Assembly: GCA_051532055.1 (NCBI GenBank)
Contig: JAOPTX010000034.1
Span: forward strand, 39,747 to 103,746
DNA length: 64,000 bases
Direction: 5' to 3'
Source of the DNA: Fibrobacterales bacterium
GTDB taxonomy: Bacteria > Fibrobacterota > Fibrobacteria > Fibrobacterales > JAOPTW01
Under the pieces are notes generated by a model that worked only from the letters and a program-made list of their open reading frames with translations, searched no databases and was not told the DNA's origin. Both the position numbers and the translations under genes were made by a program. This document shows, one piece after another, positions 9,831 to 20,732 of this stretch (positions are counted from its first letter, which is position 1; the number at the start of each line of letters is the position of its first letter).

Positions 9831-12734
9831 ATGCGCTACACCATTTATAAAAAGCTATCAGCCCTCATAGCACAGCACCCAGGTAAGATAATTCTGTCAG
9901 GAATAGTAATCACAATGATAAGTATTGTGTTAATGTCCCAAATTCAGATGAAGACCAATTTTGCAGACATGATGCCCGACAACATTCCGCAGATCAAAGA
10001 GTACAAACAACTCATCGACAACTACGCTTCTGCATCAACTATTATGATTGCCATTGAGAGCCCCGAAAAAGATGAGACCCTAATGAAGGCAGCTCTCCTC
10101 GAAATGGTCGGGAAATGGCAAACTATTCCATACGTAAGAAGGGATAAAGAACAGGAGCTCACCTTTAAACAAAACTGGGCCCTTGCGTCAGGCGAAACAC
10201 AGGTTCCTGGTGTAAAATGGGACACCCTTAATCTTGTCAAACGTATTGACTTTGAAATGGATCATGAGTTCATTGAAGAACACGCCTTCATGTCCATGAA
10301 GAAAAAGGATTTGAAAACCGTTCTTAAAATGTACACAGACCTCTCAATTCCAGGCATGCTCACCAGTATCAATGATAATTTCGAAACAGAATATATCGAT
10401 GACCAAGACAACATGGCCTCTCTTGACGGTGAAAACCAAGCAGTAAATGGCATTGATGGTGTGTTTGAATTTACGAAAAGCATCTCTACATGGATGCAAG
10501 AAGAAAACAGTAAGAAACTCGCCAATGCTGTTGATCGCATGATTATGGGTCCTCGGTATTTCTTTTCATCTGATAAAAAATTTCTCATGCTCATGATTCA
10601 ACCCACCGTCAGCATGAATGAATGGGACGAGCTAATGGCACTGGGTCATGCAGTAGTTGATACTCTTGATACCACTATTAAAAAGAACTATCCGACTCTT
10701 ACATTTCACCCAGCCGGTCTTGCTATCATGGCTGAATACGAAATGCAAATGCTCAAAGAGGACTTTGGATGGCCATCACTTGCAGCCCTAGCACTTATTC
10801 TCATCATACTCATTGGCTCTTTTCGCACATGGAAAAACCCATTTTACTCAGTAGTCAGTCTGGTCATAAGTATCATGTGGACTGGTGGTCTTCTCTTTCT
10901 TCTCCTCGACAACCTCAATCAAATGTCAGCAAGTTTTGGCATTATACTCATTGGACTCGGTATTGATTTTGCCATACATTATATGTCTGGTTTTAAAGAT
11001 GGAAGGGAGCAAGGCTTCTCAATTGAAGAGTCATTTTTTTACATGTATAGAAAAGTTGGCTCAGGGGTTGTCACTGGTGGACTCACCACTGCAGTGGTCT
11101 TCTTTACCCTTGCCGTCCCTCAATTTGACGCCCTAACCGAAATGGGTATCGCTGTCGGCTCTGGTATTATAGTCTGTCTCTTTGGCATTATGATACTCCT
11201 CCCCGCGATGATTGCCTGGGACCAAAAAGGATATTCACTCATTGGAAACACCTTAAGAAAAATGTCCCTCGCCGCTCTACCCAATACATGGAACAGTAGT
11301 ATTGCATCACTGAAAAATGCCCAATTGACTCGCCCCTTAAGACCCATTGGAAACTTCATGCAATTTTCTTGGATTGAAAGCCTCGGCACTGCGGTGCAAA
11401 AACCAGTAGTAACCGCTTCACTCCTTATCCTCACTGTAGTCACCCTCTACTTTTCTTATCTTGGGTTTTATTCAATTGAATTTGAATATGACATGACAAA
11501 ACAGTACCCCGATGACACCCCATCGGTTGTCGCACAAAATAAAATTATTGACGCATATGAGCTCTCACCCGATTACGCAATGTTTGCCTCTAATGACCTT
11601 GAAGAGGTACGCACTAAAACTGAAAAACTGAAAAAAATGGGAGAGCGAACCGGACTTATTGGCCGCGTAGATGCGATCACCGAATTTATCCCCCCAATGA
11701 AAGAGCAACTCAATTATAACCGACCAAAAATTGAAGCATTCTCTAAAAAAATTAATAGTATGAATGCAGAACCTCTTACCAAAGAAGACCTGGAAACAGT
11801 CTATACAGAGCTCAAGCGACTCCACCAAAACATTGTAGAGATGGGCGTTCTCTCGGTAATGGGTTCAGGAGAAAATAATAAAATCAAGCGTAAGGCCGAT
11901 CAAATAGTGGGCAATGCTGATTCACTCAGTCTTATTCTTGGATACATTGAAGAGCTTAAACAAGAGCCTGCTGCTCTTAAGAAGCTCAATCACTATAATA
12001 CGCTTCTGCATACACAGCTTAAAAATCGACTCGTAAAAATGTCAAACAGTGACAGTATTACGATTGAGACCCTACCCGAAAGCGTCTCTAAACGGTATCA
12101 CCATAAAGAGAGCGGCGGAAATCTAATTACTGTTTATCCAAAAGACAATGTATGGGATGGTATTAAAATTCGTAATTTTTCTGAAAAAACTGCAAGTATC
12201 GATTCATCCATTACGGGCACCCCCATTATTAACCTCCTCTTTATCGACCTTATCTCTAAGTATGGGTCTCAAGCGCTATTGTATGGGTTTATTGCAATTA
12301 TCATTTTCTTACTCATCGACTTTAAATCCATTAAATATACAATCATGGCTATCCTTCCACTTCTAGTTGGGTTCGCATGGATGGTGGGTATCATGGCACT
12401 CCTTGGAATGAAGTTTGATTATTCAAGTGTTATGGCACTCCCCCTCATTATCGGCATTGGCATTGATGACGGTGTCCACATTTTACATCGCTATAAAATA
12501 GAAGGGCGTGGAAACATTAAAACAGTGCTCCACTATACCGGTCGTGCAATTTTACTCACCTCATTTACTACTTCAATTGGCTTTGGCTCCATGGGCCTTG
12601 CACAGCACCAAGGCATTGCCGCCATGGGTCAGACACTGTTTATTGGAGTTTGGACCTGCTTCGTAAGCTCTGTTATTATCATGCCTGCACTCATCGCACT
12701 CGTTGAAAGGTTAACCCAAAAGAAAGGAGCATAA
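9831..12734 (+). CDS. MMPL/RND family transporter
   Basis: Two TM modules with GLGIDFAIH and GIGIDDGVH, two large periplasmic loops, 967 aa. Confidence 0.92.
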   Translation: MRYTIYKKLSALIAQHPGKIILSGIVITMISIVLMSQIQMKTNFADMMPDNIPQIKEYKQLIDNYASASTIMIAIESPEKDETLMKAALLEMVGKWQTIPYVRRDKEQELTFKQNWALASGETQVPGVKWDTLNLVKRIDFEMDHEFIEEHAFMSMKKKDLKTVLKMYTDLSIPGMLTSINDNFETEYIDDQDNMASLDGENQAVNGIDGVFEFTKSISTWMQEENSKKLANAVDRMIMGPRYFFSSDKKFLMLMIQPTVSMNEWDELMALGHAVVDTLDTTIKKNYPTLTFHPAGLAIMAEYEMQMLKEDFGWPSLAALALILIILIGSFRTWKNPFYSVVSLVISIMWTGGLLFLLLDNLNQMSASFGIILIGLGIDFAIHYMSGFKDGREQGFSIEESFFYMYRKVGSGVVTGGLTTAVVFFTLAVPQFDALTEMGIAVGSGIIVCLFGIMILLPAMIAWDQKGYSLIGNTLRKMSLAALPNTWNSSIASLKNAQLTRPLRPIGNFMQFSWIESLGTAVQKPVVTASLLILTVVTLYFSYLGFYSIEFEYDMTKQYPDDTPSVVAQNKIIDAYELSPDYAMFASNDLEEVRTKTEKLKKMGERTGLIGRVDAITEFIPPMKEQLNYNRPKIEAFSKKINSMNAEPLTKEDLETVYTELKRLHQNIVEMGVLSVMGSGENNKIKRKADQIVGNADSLSLILGYIEELKQEPAALKKLNHYNTLLHTQLKNRLVKMSNSDSITIETLPESVSKRYHHKESGGNLITVYPKDNVWDGIKIRNFSEKTASIDSSITGTPIINLLFIDLISKYGSQALLYGFIAIIIFLLIDFKSIKYTIMAILPLLVGFAWMVGIMALLGMKFDYSSVMALPLIIGIGIDDGVHILHRYKIEGRGNIKTVLHYTGRAILLTSFTTSIGFGSMGLAQHQGIAAMGQTLFIGVWTCFVSSVIIMPALIALVERLTQKKGA

Positions 12735-12735
12735 T

Positions 12736-13473
12736 ATGCGCATTCTCTTTATTCTACTAATACTCGCTATCCTCCCCAGTTTTGCTCTCACTGTTGATCA
12801 GATTCTTGACAAGGTTGAGGCAAATGAAGAACCACAAAGTGCCAAAAGTGATATGATACAAATCTCCTATCCATCAAGTGGAACTTCACGGGAATCAAAA
12901 CTGATAAGTTATAGTGCAGACAAAGGCGATAAAGGTTTTATGGAATATACGAGTCCAAAATCAGTCAAAGGAATGAAAATGCTTTCTTTGAATGATGGTG
13001 ATGAAATTTGGGTATACTTTCCACGCACAAACCGCAAACGGAAAATTGCTGGCTCTAGTCGTAAAGGCTCGATGAATGGATCTGATTTCTCCTATGAAGA
13101 CATGAGTCAGTCTGATAAGAGAAAGGATTATACCTATAAGATTATTGGAGAAGAGAATAAGCTCAATCGAGAGTGCTGGAAAATTGAGGCCATTGCAAAA
13201 GATGCAGATGACGAGACATACAGTAAGCTAGTACAATGGGTTGATAAAGAACGATTTATTGGACTCGTTGTCGAATTCTACGATGAAGATGGCGAGCTTT
13301 GGAAAGAGCTCACTATGAAAGGAGTGGCCAAACTTGGCAATTACTGGACTGCCTCCACCATAGAGATGAAAAATATTCAAAAAGGTTCTCGTACTGTGAT
13401 AAAGACAAGTAAACAAGAATTTGATATTTCAATTCCAAAATCAATATTCACACAACGTAATTTAGGTAAATAA
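12736..13473 (+). CDS. Outer-membrane lipoprotein-sorting (LolA-like) protein
   Basis: Signal peptide; IWVYFPRTNRKRKI and GSDFSYEDM motifs; lies next to MMPL. Confidence 0.88.
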   Translation: MRILFILLILAILPSFALTVDQILDKVEANEEPQSAKSDMIQISYPSSGTSRESKLISYSADKGDKGFMEYTSPKSVKGMKMLSLNDGDEIWVYFPRTNRKRKIAGSSRKGSMNGSDFSYEDMSQSDKRKDYTYKIIGEENKLNRECWKIEAIAKDADDETYSKLVQWVDKERFIGLVVEFYDEDGELWKELTMKGVAKLGNYWTASTIEMKNIQKGSRTVIKTSKQEFDISIPKSIFTQRNLGK

Positions 13474-14729
13474 TGAGACCATTACTCCTCTTCACTTCTG
13501 TTGTGCTCTCTACATCAATAAGCTTTGCACAAAACATCGAGTTTGGTGGATACCTCAATGCAAAAATGCAGGTAATCGATTTTGTCGATACTGCATTTGT
13601 TGGGCATACTGAAACTTTTAGACTCGAAGCCAAACGTGAAATTGAATCGACCGCATCGATCGAAGCACATCTTCTTTTTAGTAGTGCCTTTGAGGCAATC
13701 AACCCTTCTGCAAGCTTTAAAGAGGGTAGTTTTATGGCGAAGGCAAATAACGACCTCATGGCACCTCTTCTTGGAGGTATTGCCCTCCCCTTTGATACCG
13801 CTGGAGGAGCCCTTCTCACCGATGACCCTCGCATAACCAACCTCTATTATAGTAGTTTACTCCCTAAGGATGCCGTTACCCTTGATAGAGCTGTACTCAA
13901 ACTCTACTTTACACATGCCGACTTCTCTATCGGTAAACAAGTAATCTCATGGGGGACAGGCTACGCTTGGAACCCGACTGATTTTTGGAACATGAAAAGC
14001 CCTACAGACCCCGAAGCTGCCAAATTTGGCGTCACCGCACTCCGTACGGAAATCCCTATTGGTGATCTCAGCTCTATAGATCTCGTTGTAGCTCCCGGCC
14101 TGGGCTTTGATGAGGGTTCCGCAGGGGTACGTGTAAAATCAAATATTGCAGGCTTTGACTATTCACTCATGACGGCACGCCAAATGACCCCGGACAGAAC
14201 CGTTTACGGGCTTCCAGCCAAATGGATCACAGGATTTGATCTTGCAGGTGATATTTTCAATGGAATCGGTATATGGATAGAAGGCGCCTATAAGAACCGA
14301 ATATTTAGTGGGCAGAGCATGTTTACTACTGACTCTGCATATGTCGATCTTGATGCAGGCTTCAACTACACCTTTGATAATGGTATAATGGCAATGGTTG
14401 AATACTATTACAATGGACTTGGAAAGGAGAGCGCTTCAGAGTATAGCTCTGGTGATTTCATGAATATGTTTAGTGGCGAGATGACAGGCCTTGGGCAATC
14501 ATATACCCTTACATCATTCAGTTATGACTTTCTCGATTTTTACAAAGGGAGTATCAATAGTATAATGAACATAAATGATCAATCATTCACCCTACTCCCC
14601 ATGCTTAGTTACTCATGGAATAGTGATGTCACTTTATCTCTTGGAGCGAATATTTTTATTGGTGATCTTGATAGCGAATTTGGTTCATTAAAACCAACGC
14701 TCTATGGTGAAGCAAAAGGTTATTTTTAA
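13473..14729 (+). CDS. Outer-membrane beta-barrel partner of the MMPL/LolA module
   Basis: Signal peptide, IGKQVISWGTGYAWNPTD motif, C-terminal ...GEAKGYF; TAATG overlap with previous gene. Confidence 0.75.
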   Translation: MRPLLLFTSVVLSTSISFAQNIEFGGYLNAKMQVIDFVDTAFVGHTETFRLEAKREIESTASIEAHLLFSSAFEAINPSASFKEGSFMAKANNDLMAPLLGGIALPFDTAGGALLTDDPRITNLYYSSLLPKDAVTLDRAVLKLYFTHADFSIGKQVISWGTGYAWNPTDFWNMKSPTDPEAAKFGVTALRTEIPIGDLSSIDLVVAPGLGFDEGSAGVRVKSNIAGFDYSLMTARQMTPDRTVYGLPAKWITGFDLAGDIFNGIGIWIEGAYKNRIFSGQSMFTTDSAYVDLDAGFNYTFDNGIMAMVEYYYNGLGKESASEYSSGDFMNMFSGEMTGLGQSYTLTSFSYDFLDFYKGSINSIMNINDQSFTLLPMLSYSWNSDVTLSLGANIFIGDLDSEFGSLKPTLYGEAKGYF

Positions 14730-14751
14730 AACCAACTTTTTTAAATTTTAC

Positions 14752-14788
14752 ATAACAACGGTCCACTCATTGAACGGGCCGTTGTTAT
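14752..14788. terminator. Bidirectional terminator
   Basis: ATAACAACGGTCC...GGGCCGTTGTTAT between convergent genes. Confidence 0.75.
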
Positions 14789-14807
14789 TGAATTAAAATT
14801 TTAAAAC

Positions 14808-16325
14808 TTAATCTTCAGCCTCTTCACAGAAGAGCTTCCCTTCTGCATCAGTAAGACACAGCTTAGTTCTTTTCTGTGCATACCGCACATTATCAATATA
14901 GAAAACTGGAGTGACTGGAGGTGTCCACGATTCAGAGCGATTTTTACCTTCGTCAATATACTCTCCATCAGCTATTTTTACGAAATTCACTACAATCCTC
15001 ATCTCTTCAATTGATTTCTTTGTCATTAAATCACCGAAAGGAATTTCAATAGAATACCATTTATCATCTGGCTTCATACCATAATCATTGAGCCACATTA
15101 CCGCCGCCCCTGTTCCTGAAGCATTTGGCATTCCCCATTCCATTTTGAGTTGTACATTAAAATTAGATTTAATATCGAACATTAATTTTGCATCATGCCA
15201 GTAACTCATGTCTACTAAATCGGGCAGAGTAACTTCTTCTCCAAATTGATAGAATAACCCGCCCCAACTTGGTGTAGCTGTAATTTTAAATGCCTCATTT
15301 CCTTCTGAAGCTTCCGAACCAGTAACTGTTTCAAGTTCTACTTTCATCGGGTGCTTATCATCACTAAATACCCCCCAATCTCCTTCATACCCTGGTGACC
15401 CCGCAAACTGAGCAGAGTCAAGAGGAATACCCTCTTCTTTATATACTACAAACATAGAATCACTAATTATCGTATCAGCCTTATTATAATCATCAGAAAG
15501 TAATACAAACTCAATAACATCCATATCCGAATCAACTTTTAGTTCACCCACATAATTTTTGTACCCCTTTGCACGAAGCTCAATTTGACGAGTACCTCGT
15601 TGAATATTTCTGAGATTGAGTAACCCCTCATCTGTGGTTTCAATCTTTTGACCTGAGATATCACTTGCATCAGTAAGGTCATAAAATGAGACATCTTCTT
15701 CACTGAGTGGCAACGCATTAGCCCCCAATGTTTTACCAAGAATTTTAAGGGTTATATCTCTCGTAGTAATTTCTGGTGGTTCAGGTGGATCAATACAAAT
15801 ACTGAAACCATCACAATCACTATCTTCACAGTCAATATCGCCATCAGCATCATTATCGTTGTCATCATCACACTGACCTTCTGGAAGGCACACTGCAACA
15901 CTTTCGCAACTTGGGTCTTCACAGTCTACTTTACCATCTTCATCATTATCTTTATTATCAGCACAGGCTGCATTATTATCTTCTCTGTCAGTAACACATG
16001 GAAGAAAGTCACTACATGCAGAGTCATCACAATCTATGGCACCATCATTATTATTATCAAGTCCATCATCACATATAGACTCTGGCATACAAACAGCAAC
16101 AACACTACAATTTGGATCATCACAATCTGAAACGCCATTATTATCATTATCTCTTCCATCGGAGCAACGGAGGTTAGTATTTTCTCCATCAGGGTCTTCA
16201 CGTTTTACTAAGGTATGATCTGAAGCCATCTCCATATTGAGATAATCGCTATTTTCAGAAATACACCCCTGAATAAAGAACACCATTATGATCGCAACGA
16301 TTGCGCGAGTGATTTGAATAGCCAT
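14808..16325 (-). CDS. Lipoprotein with four Cys/Asp repeats, a PEGA/carboxypeptidase-regulatory-like segment and a putative glycan-binding beta-sandwich
   Basis: Lipobox FIQG-C; CxDxxDNxxxGxxDCxDxxC x4; PPEPPE linker; VDMSYW..LMFDIKS..WYSIEIPF..FYIDNVRY. Confidence 0.8.
   Translation of the reverse strand: MAIQITRAIVAIIMVFFIQGCISENSDYLNMEMASDHTLVKREDPDGENTNLRCSDGRDNDNNGVSDCDDPNCSVVAVCMPESICDDGLDNNNDGAIDCDDSACSDFLPCVTDREDNNAACADNKDNDEDGKVDCEDPSCESVAVCLPEGQCDDDNDNDADGDIDCEDSDCDGFSICIDPPEPPEITTRDITLKILGKTLGANALPLSEEDVSFYDLTDASDISGQKIETTDEGLLNLRNIQRGTRQIELRAKGYKNYVGELKVDSDMDVIEFVLLSDDYNKADTIISDSMFVVYKEEGIPLDSAQFAGSPGYEGDWGVFSDDKHPMKVELETVTGSEASEGNEAFKITATPSWGGLFYQFGEEVTLPDLVDMSYWHDAKLMFDIKSNFNVQLKMEWGMPNASGTGAAVMWLNDYGMKPDDKWYSIEIPFGDLMTKKSIEEMRIVVNFVKIADGEYIDEGKNRSESWTPPVTPVFYIDNVRYAQKRTKLCLTDAEGKLFCEEAED
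15796..16166 (-). repeat. Four tandem Cys/Asp (probably Ca2+-binding) peptide repeats
   Basis: CSDGRDNDNNGVSDCDDPNC, CDDGLDNNNDGAIDCDDSAC, CADNKDNDEDGKVDCEDPSC, CDDDNDNDADGDIDCEDSDC. Confidence 0.9.
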
Positions 16326-16442
16326 ACTATCCCCCCCAGGATAAAAAATCATTATTGCCTTATCATATGTATCGAATACACTTTAGGCTGCCCGTATAAA
16401 ATAGCTTTAAAGTAGGGGGTATGCAAAGTTAATTAGGAATTT

Positions 16443-16458
16443 ACAGTTTACAAACTGT
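16443..16458. promoter_or_regulatory. Palindromic operator candidate, copy 1
   Basis: ACAGTTT-AC-AAACTGT with perfect arms; near-identical copy at 40338-40353. Confidence 0.5.
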
Positions 16459-16633
16459 TCACAAAAAAGGCCCCTACTGCAGTTTAAACGGCATATTTTA
16501 TGGTTTCAGCAACAAAAAGCATCTATAATTCATTCGCAAAAAACCAAAAGTCACTCCTCATTTTTCCAGAATGTATCCCATTTAATTATCTACATTTGGT
16601 ACACTTATACAACTAATAACACTGACACTCTTT

Positions 16634-18328
16634 ATGTACTACCTTTTTATATTTGCCTGGATAGCCCTATTAACTCAATGTACTACTATTGAGTCATACT
16701 TCTCAAGAAGCGAACCCTGTCTCGAAACTCAAATTACCCCGACCCAATCAAAGGGAGATGGGGATATTGAGTTTAGTCATACACGAGGTTTGTATCATAG
16801 TTCATTTGATCTCTCTTTGAATAGTACTATTGAAGGCACTCTTTACTATACTCTCAATGGCGCCCTTCCGACACCTGAAAATGCAAACGTTTACACGCGC
16901 CCGATTCGAATACGAAACTCATCAAATATCCGTGCCGCAATTTACCATGATTGCGATAGGCTCTCAGACATTGTCACTCACTCTTTTATCTTCCCAAGAC
17001 ACGTGCTTGAACAAGATGACGACGATGCCCCTCCCCATGCACAATGGGGCAGAAAGGGCCCCGATTGGAGCATGGATAGCCGAGTGATCGACTCAGATAA
17101 ACTTCCTTCAAATAAAACTGACATCCTTCTTGTTAATCCAACAGTTTCCGTCACCATGAGCTGGGACTCCCTCTTTGGTGATAACGGAATCTATATATCA
17201 GGTGAAGGCGTAGAGCAAGAAGCTTCTATAGAATTTTTGTACCCCGATAAGCCATCTCACAGAACCCGGGCATCAATAGAGGTCTTTGGTGGATCAAGCA
17301 CGAGGCGTTGGAAAGTTGATAAGCTCTCCTTTAAGCTCACTTTCCGAAAAAAGACGGGTTACAAAAAATTTAAACATCAACTCTTTGACGATACACCGAT
17401 TAAAAAATTCAATCATATAATTTTAGATGCTGCACACAATAACACCTTTTTCTCAGTCAGTGAAAAACAACGGAGTAAAGCGAGTTATGCAAAAGACCAA
17501 TTTGCGGCCGATCTTCACAATGCAATAGGTGGATACGCTCCGCATGGCTATTACGCCCACCTCTATCTCAATGGCCTTTATTGGGGGCTTTACTATATTC
17601 ATGAACGACCTGACCACCATTTTGCCCAATCCTATTTAGGTAAGAAAAGCAAAAACTATAATGTTCTCAAGCATAAACGAAATCAACTTGTGCATGGTGA
17701 TTCTGTCAGTTATATAGAACTCTGGAGAAGGGCTCAAAAAGACTTGAGTATTGACTCTCACTACGAGAGTGTCAGTGAATTGTTAGATATACCTCAGTAT
17801 ATCAAATATATCCTTGTACATTTATACCTTGGCAACACAGACTGGGGAAACAATAACTGGTATGCAACCCAACATAGAAAAGGGAAATGGATATTTCACA
17901 CATGGGATGCGGAACACATAATGGAAAGCTATCTTTCCAATAGATTTAAAAAACTTAACAATTCTGAAATAGGTTTTCACAAGCACCTCATGGCAAATAA
18001 AAGCTATCGAGTACTTTTCCAAGAAGTGGTAACAAAAGAATTTTATAACGATGGTCTATTTACTGTTGACCGCGCTAAAGCGATGTATGAGACTCGACTC
18101 AACGAAGTAGAGAGTTCTATAATCGCAGAATCAGCACGATGGGGGGACAATAAAACACCAAAGCAACCTCAAACGAAATGGGACACTTGGGCTAAGAACC
18201 GCAGTTATGTCTTAAACCGTTGGTTCCCTAATAGAACAAAACAGGTCATTAAACAAATTAACACTCACTTTAATGAATGGCCTCAATACCTGTTGGAGCA
18301 AGATTCTACAGCAAGTGATTCCCTCTAA
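16634..18328 (+). CDS. CotH kinase family protein with N-terminal chitobiase/Fn3-associated domain, probable lipoprotein
   Basis: FSHTRGLY..YYTLNGALPT..YTRPI; GGSST, KLSFKL, LYLNGLYWGLYYIHERPD, NTDWGNNNW, WDAE. Confidence 0.85.
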   Translation: MYYLFIFAWIALLTQCTTIESYFSRSEPCLETQITPTQSKGDGDIEFSHTRGLYHSSFDLSLNSTIEGTLYYTLNGALPTPENANVYTRPIRIRNSSNIRAAIYHDCDRLSDIVTHSFIFPRHVLEQDDDDAPPHAQWGRKGPDWSMDSRVIDSDKLPSNKTDILLVNPTVSVTMSWDSLFGDNGIYISGEGVEQEASIEFLYPDKPSHRTRASIEVFGGSSTRRWKVDKLSFKLTFRKKTGYKKFKHQLFDDTPIKKFNHIILDAAHNNTFFSVSEKQRSKASYAKDQFAADLHNAIGGYAPHGYYAHLYLNGLYWGLYYIHERPDHHFAQSYLGKKSKNYNVLKHKRNQLVHGDSVSYIELWRRAQKDLSIDSHYESVSELLDIPQYIKYILVHLYLGNTDWGNNNWYATQHRKGKWIFHTWDAEHIMESYLSNRFKKLNNSEIGFHKHLMANKSYRVLFQEVVTKEFYNDGLFTVDRAKAMYETRLNEVESSIIAESARWGDNKTPKQPQTKWDTWAKNRSYVLNRWFPNRTKQVIKQINTHFNEWPQYLLEQDSTASDSL

Positions 18329-18416
18329 GCAAGTCCTTTGAAGCTCTCTCTCTACCCCACCGTCGCAAGTCAATTTACTACATTTTTCAATACATTAATT
18401 ATCATTCTATAAACCT

Positions 18417-20711
18417 ATGAAAACTATTATTTCTTTTTTCAAACAAGACCACAATCGATTTATTGCACTCCTTATCATTTTCGGTGCATTTATTAGGCTC
18501 ATTCAACTGGGAAACCACCCCGCCGGCCTCAACCAAGAAGAGGCTGCTCTTGGATATGACATTTGGGCTCTAATCCACTATGGAATTGATAGGAATAACA
18601 TCCCATGGCCTATTCATTTTATTAGCTGGGGAAGTGGACAAAATGCTCTTTTAGGATACATCGCCCTCCCCTTTATTTGGCTCTTTGACCTGAGCACCTT
18701 TTCACTGAGGCTACCAAATGCCTTAATAGGAATCGCCTCTTTTATCGCCGCCTATGGTATTGGCTGTAGGCTTCTCGACAAACGATTTGGAACACTCCTT
18801 CTTCTCCTAACGATAATCTCACCCTGGCATCTCATGATAAGTAGGTGGTCTCTTGAAGCCAATATCTATCCCTCAATAGTACTTGTTGCATTCTACTTTT
18901 TACTGCGCGCATCAGAGCACAAAAAATTCCTTTTCTTTTTTACAGCACTATTAGCTCTCTCTCTGTATGCATACGAAACCTCATATGCTTTTACTCCGCT
19001 CTTTTTGTTAGGGTTTGTAGTGTTTGCATTCCGAACAAAACAATTTTCTTTAAAGCCAGTGACAATCAGTGTTCTTATATTTTTGATCATTGCCACACCA
19101 ATCATTATTTTTATTCTCATCAACGCCTTTAGTCTCCCAGAGATTATTACTCCTTACTTCTCAATTCCTCGCTACACAGGTAACCCTCAACTCCTAAGTA
19201 TCACTGCTCTTCCGGCTAGTACTATTCTAAACACTCTACTCAAAAACATTGCAGACCTTATCCTTCTCATTTTTGGAAGCCAAAAAGATATTTTGAGACT
19301 GACCACTCTTGATTATGCAGGTATCATCTTCCCAGTAACAATCCCCTTTACACTTATCGGCATCTACACCGCTTGTAAAAACTGGATTATACAGCGTAAT
19401 AACATTGGATGGAGCATGCTTCTCTGTTGGGTCGTTGCCGGTTTTCTTACATCACTTATTACAACCCCCAATATGACCCGCATTAACATTCTCGCGTACC
19501 CAATCATTATTTTTACTGCCTACGGTCTCTACCTTACCTCTACTCAATGGTCCACTTTTTATAGACTCGCACTCTCTATGATTTTGATCTTTTTCTCAAT
19601 TTTTATCATCTATTATTTTACTGGCTACCATACAGAGACCCAAGAAGAATTTCACTATGGACTTGGAAATGCAATAATTGAGGCACAGGAGAAGTGTAAC
19701 CCCAATGACACTATTTTGGTCCTTACAAGAGATTCAGCTGCGTATATACAAGCCCTCTTTTTTACTGAAGCCGACCCAAATCAATACCACACTACACGAA
19801 TATTTGAAAAAATAAAAGTACCTTTCCAAGTTGTACGCTCATACAGTAATTACAAATTCAGCACAAACCAATCAGACTTTGTATTACCAAATATTTCAGT
19901 GGTAGAATCCTATAGGTTAGCCGACATCGACACTACGCACTACTATGTGAAACTATTGCATAACTACACCTTACTCCTCAAAAAATCTGAATACCCCCCT
20001 TTCAAACTACAGAAATCTGAAACACCCTATTTCCATATTTATCCTACTTCTATATCCTATCAAAATATGCTCACCATCCACACTAATCAAAATATAGGGC
20101 AAATTAAAGTCACTCTCTTTTCACCCTATATTAAAAAAAGGAGAAGAATCACTCTCTCTCCTTTTCAAACAGGAGTCTATCAGTTACCAATAGACTCTCT
20201 CTATCCAGGGTATAATAGACTTAATTTTTTCACCTTTGATAGTACTGCGAAGAAACGAATTCGTCACACTAAAGAACTCTTTAATAAAAATCATGGTACA
20301 ACCTTACCACTATCCTTTTCCTCACTTAACGGAACTCAAGACTGGCGAATACTCGTAGATAACTTGGCTGTAAATAGGTCGGCTATAACGGTTAATAACA
20401 AGATATACTCATTTGGCATGGGAACCCATGGTACCAGTCGCTATGCATTTACCCCTCCCAATAATGCCGACTCCCTCTTTGTAGCATTTGGAATGTCAGA
20501 TGAAAAAACTTGTGGTGACGGTGTTTCAGTTTCTATAGTAGGGGGAACAACTACTCTCTATCATCATAGCTCTGTGAGAAGGGGAAAGCTTTACACTACT
20601 AAAGTAGCTGTCCCCAAAGTCGACTCTCTCTTTCTTATATCAAAAAATAAAATAAATTCTCGTTGCGACCATCTCAACTGGATCTACCCCTATTTTTCTA
20701 TACAGCAATAG
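18417..20711 (+). CDS. GT-C (ArnT/PMT-like) membrane glycosyltransferase with C-terminal NPCBM/NEW2 domain
   Basis: About 12 TM helices, GLNQEEAALGYD, SPWHLMISRW; C-terminal YSFGMGTH...CGDG...CDHLNW. Confidence 0.82.
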   Translation: MKTIISFFKQDHNRFIALLIIFGAFIRLIQLGNHPAGLNQEEAALGYDIWALIHYGIDRNNIPWPIHFISWGSGQNALLGYIALPFIWLFDLSTFSLRLPNALIGIASFIAAYGIGCRLLDKRFGTLLLLLTIISPWHLMISRWSLEANIYPSIVLVAFYFLLRASEHKKFLFFFTALLALSLYAYETSYAFTPLFLLGFVVFAFRTKQFSLKPVTISVLIFLIIATPIIIFILINAFSLPEIITPYFSIPRYTGNPQLLSITALPASTILNTLLKNIADLILLIFGSQKDILRLTTLDYAGIIFPVTIPFTLIGIYTACKNWIIQRNNIGWSMLLCWVVAGFLTSLITTPNMTRINILAYPIIIFTAYGLYLTSTQWSTFYRLALSMILIFFSIFIIYYFTGYHTETQEEFHYGLGNAIIEAQEKCNPNDTILVLTRDSAAYIQALFFTEADPNQYHTTRIFEKIKVPFQVVRSYSNYKFSTNQSDFVLPNISVVESYRLADIDTTHYYVKLLHNYTLLLKKSEYPPFKLQKSETPYFHIYPTSISYQNMLTIHTNQNIGQIKVTLFSPYIKKRRRITLSPFQTGVYQLPIDSLYPGYNRLNFFTFDSTAKKRIRHTKELFNKNHGTTLPLSFSSLNGTQDWRILVDNLAVNRSAITVNNKIYSFGMGTHGTSRYAFTPPNNADSLFVAFGMSDEKTCGDGVSVSIVGGTTTLYHHSSVRRGKLYTTKVAVPKVDSLFLISKNKINSRCDHLNWIYPYFSIQQ

Positions 20712-20732
20712 CACAATGTAAAAACCTGGGCT

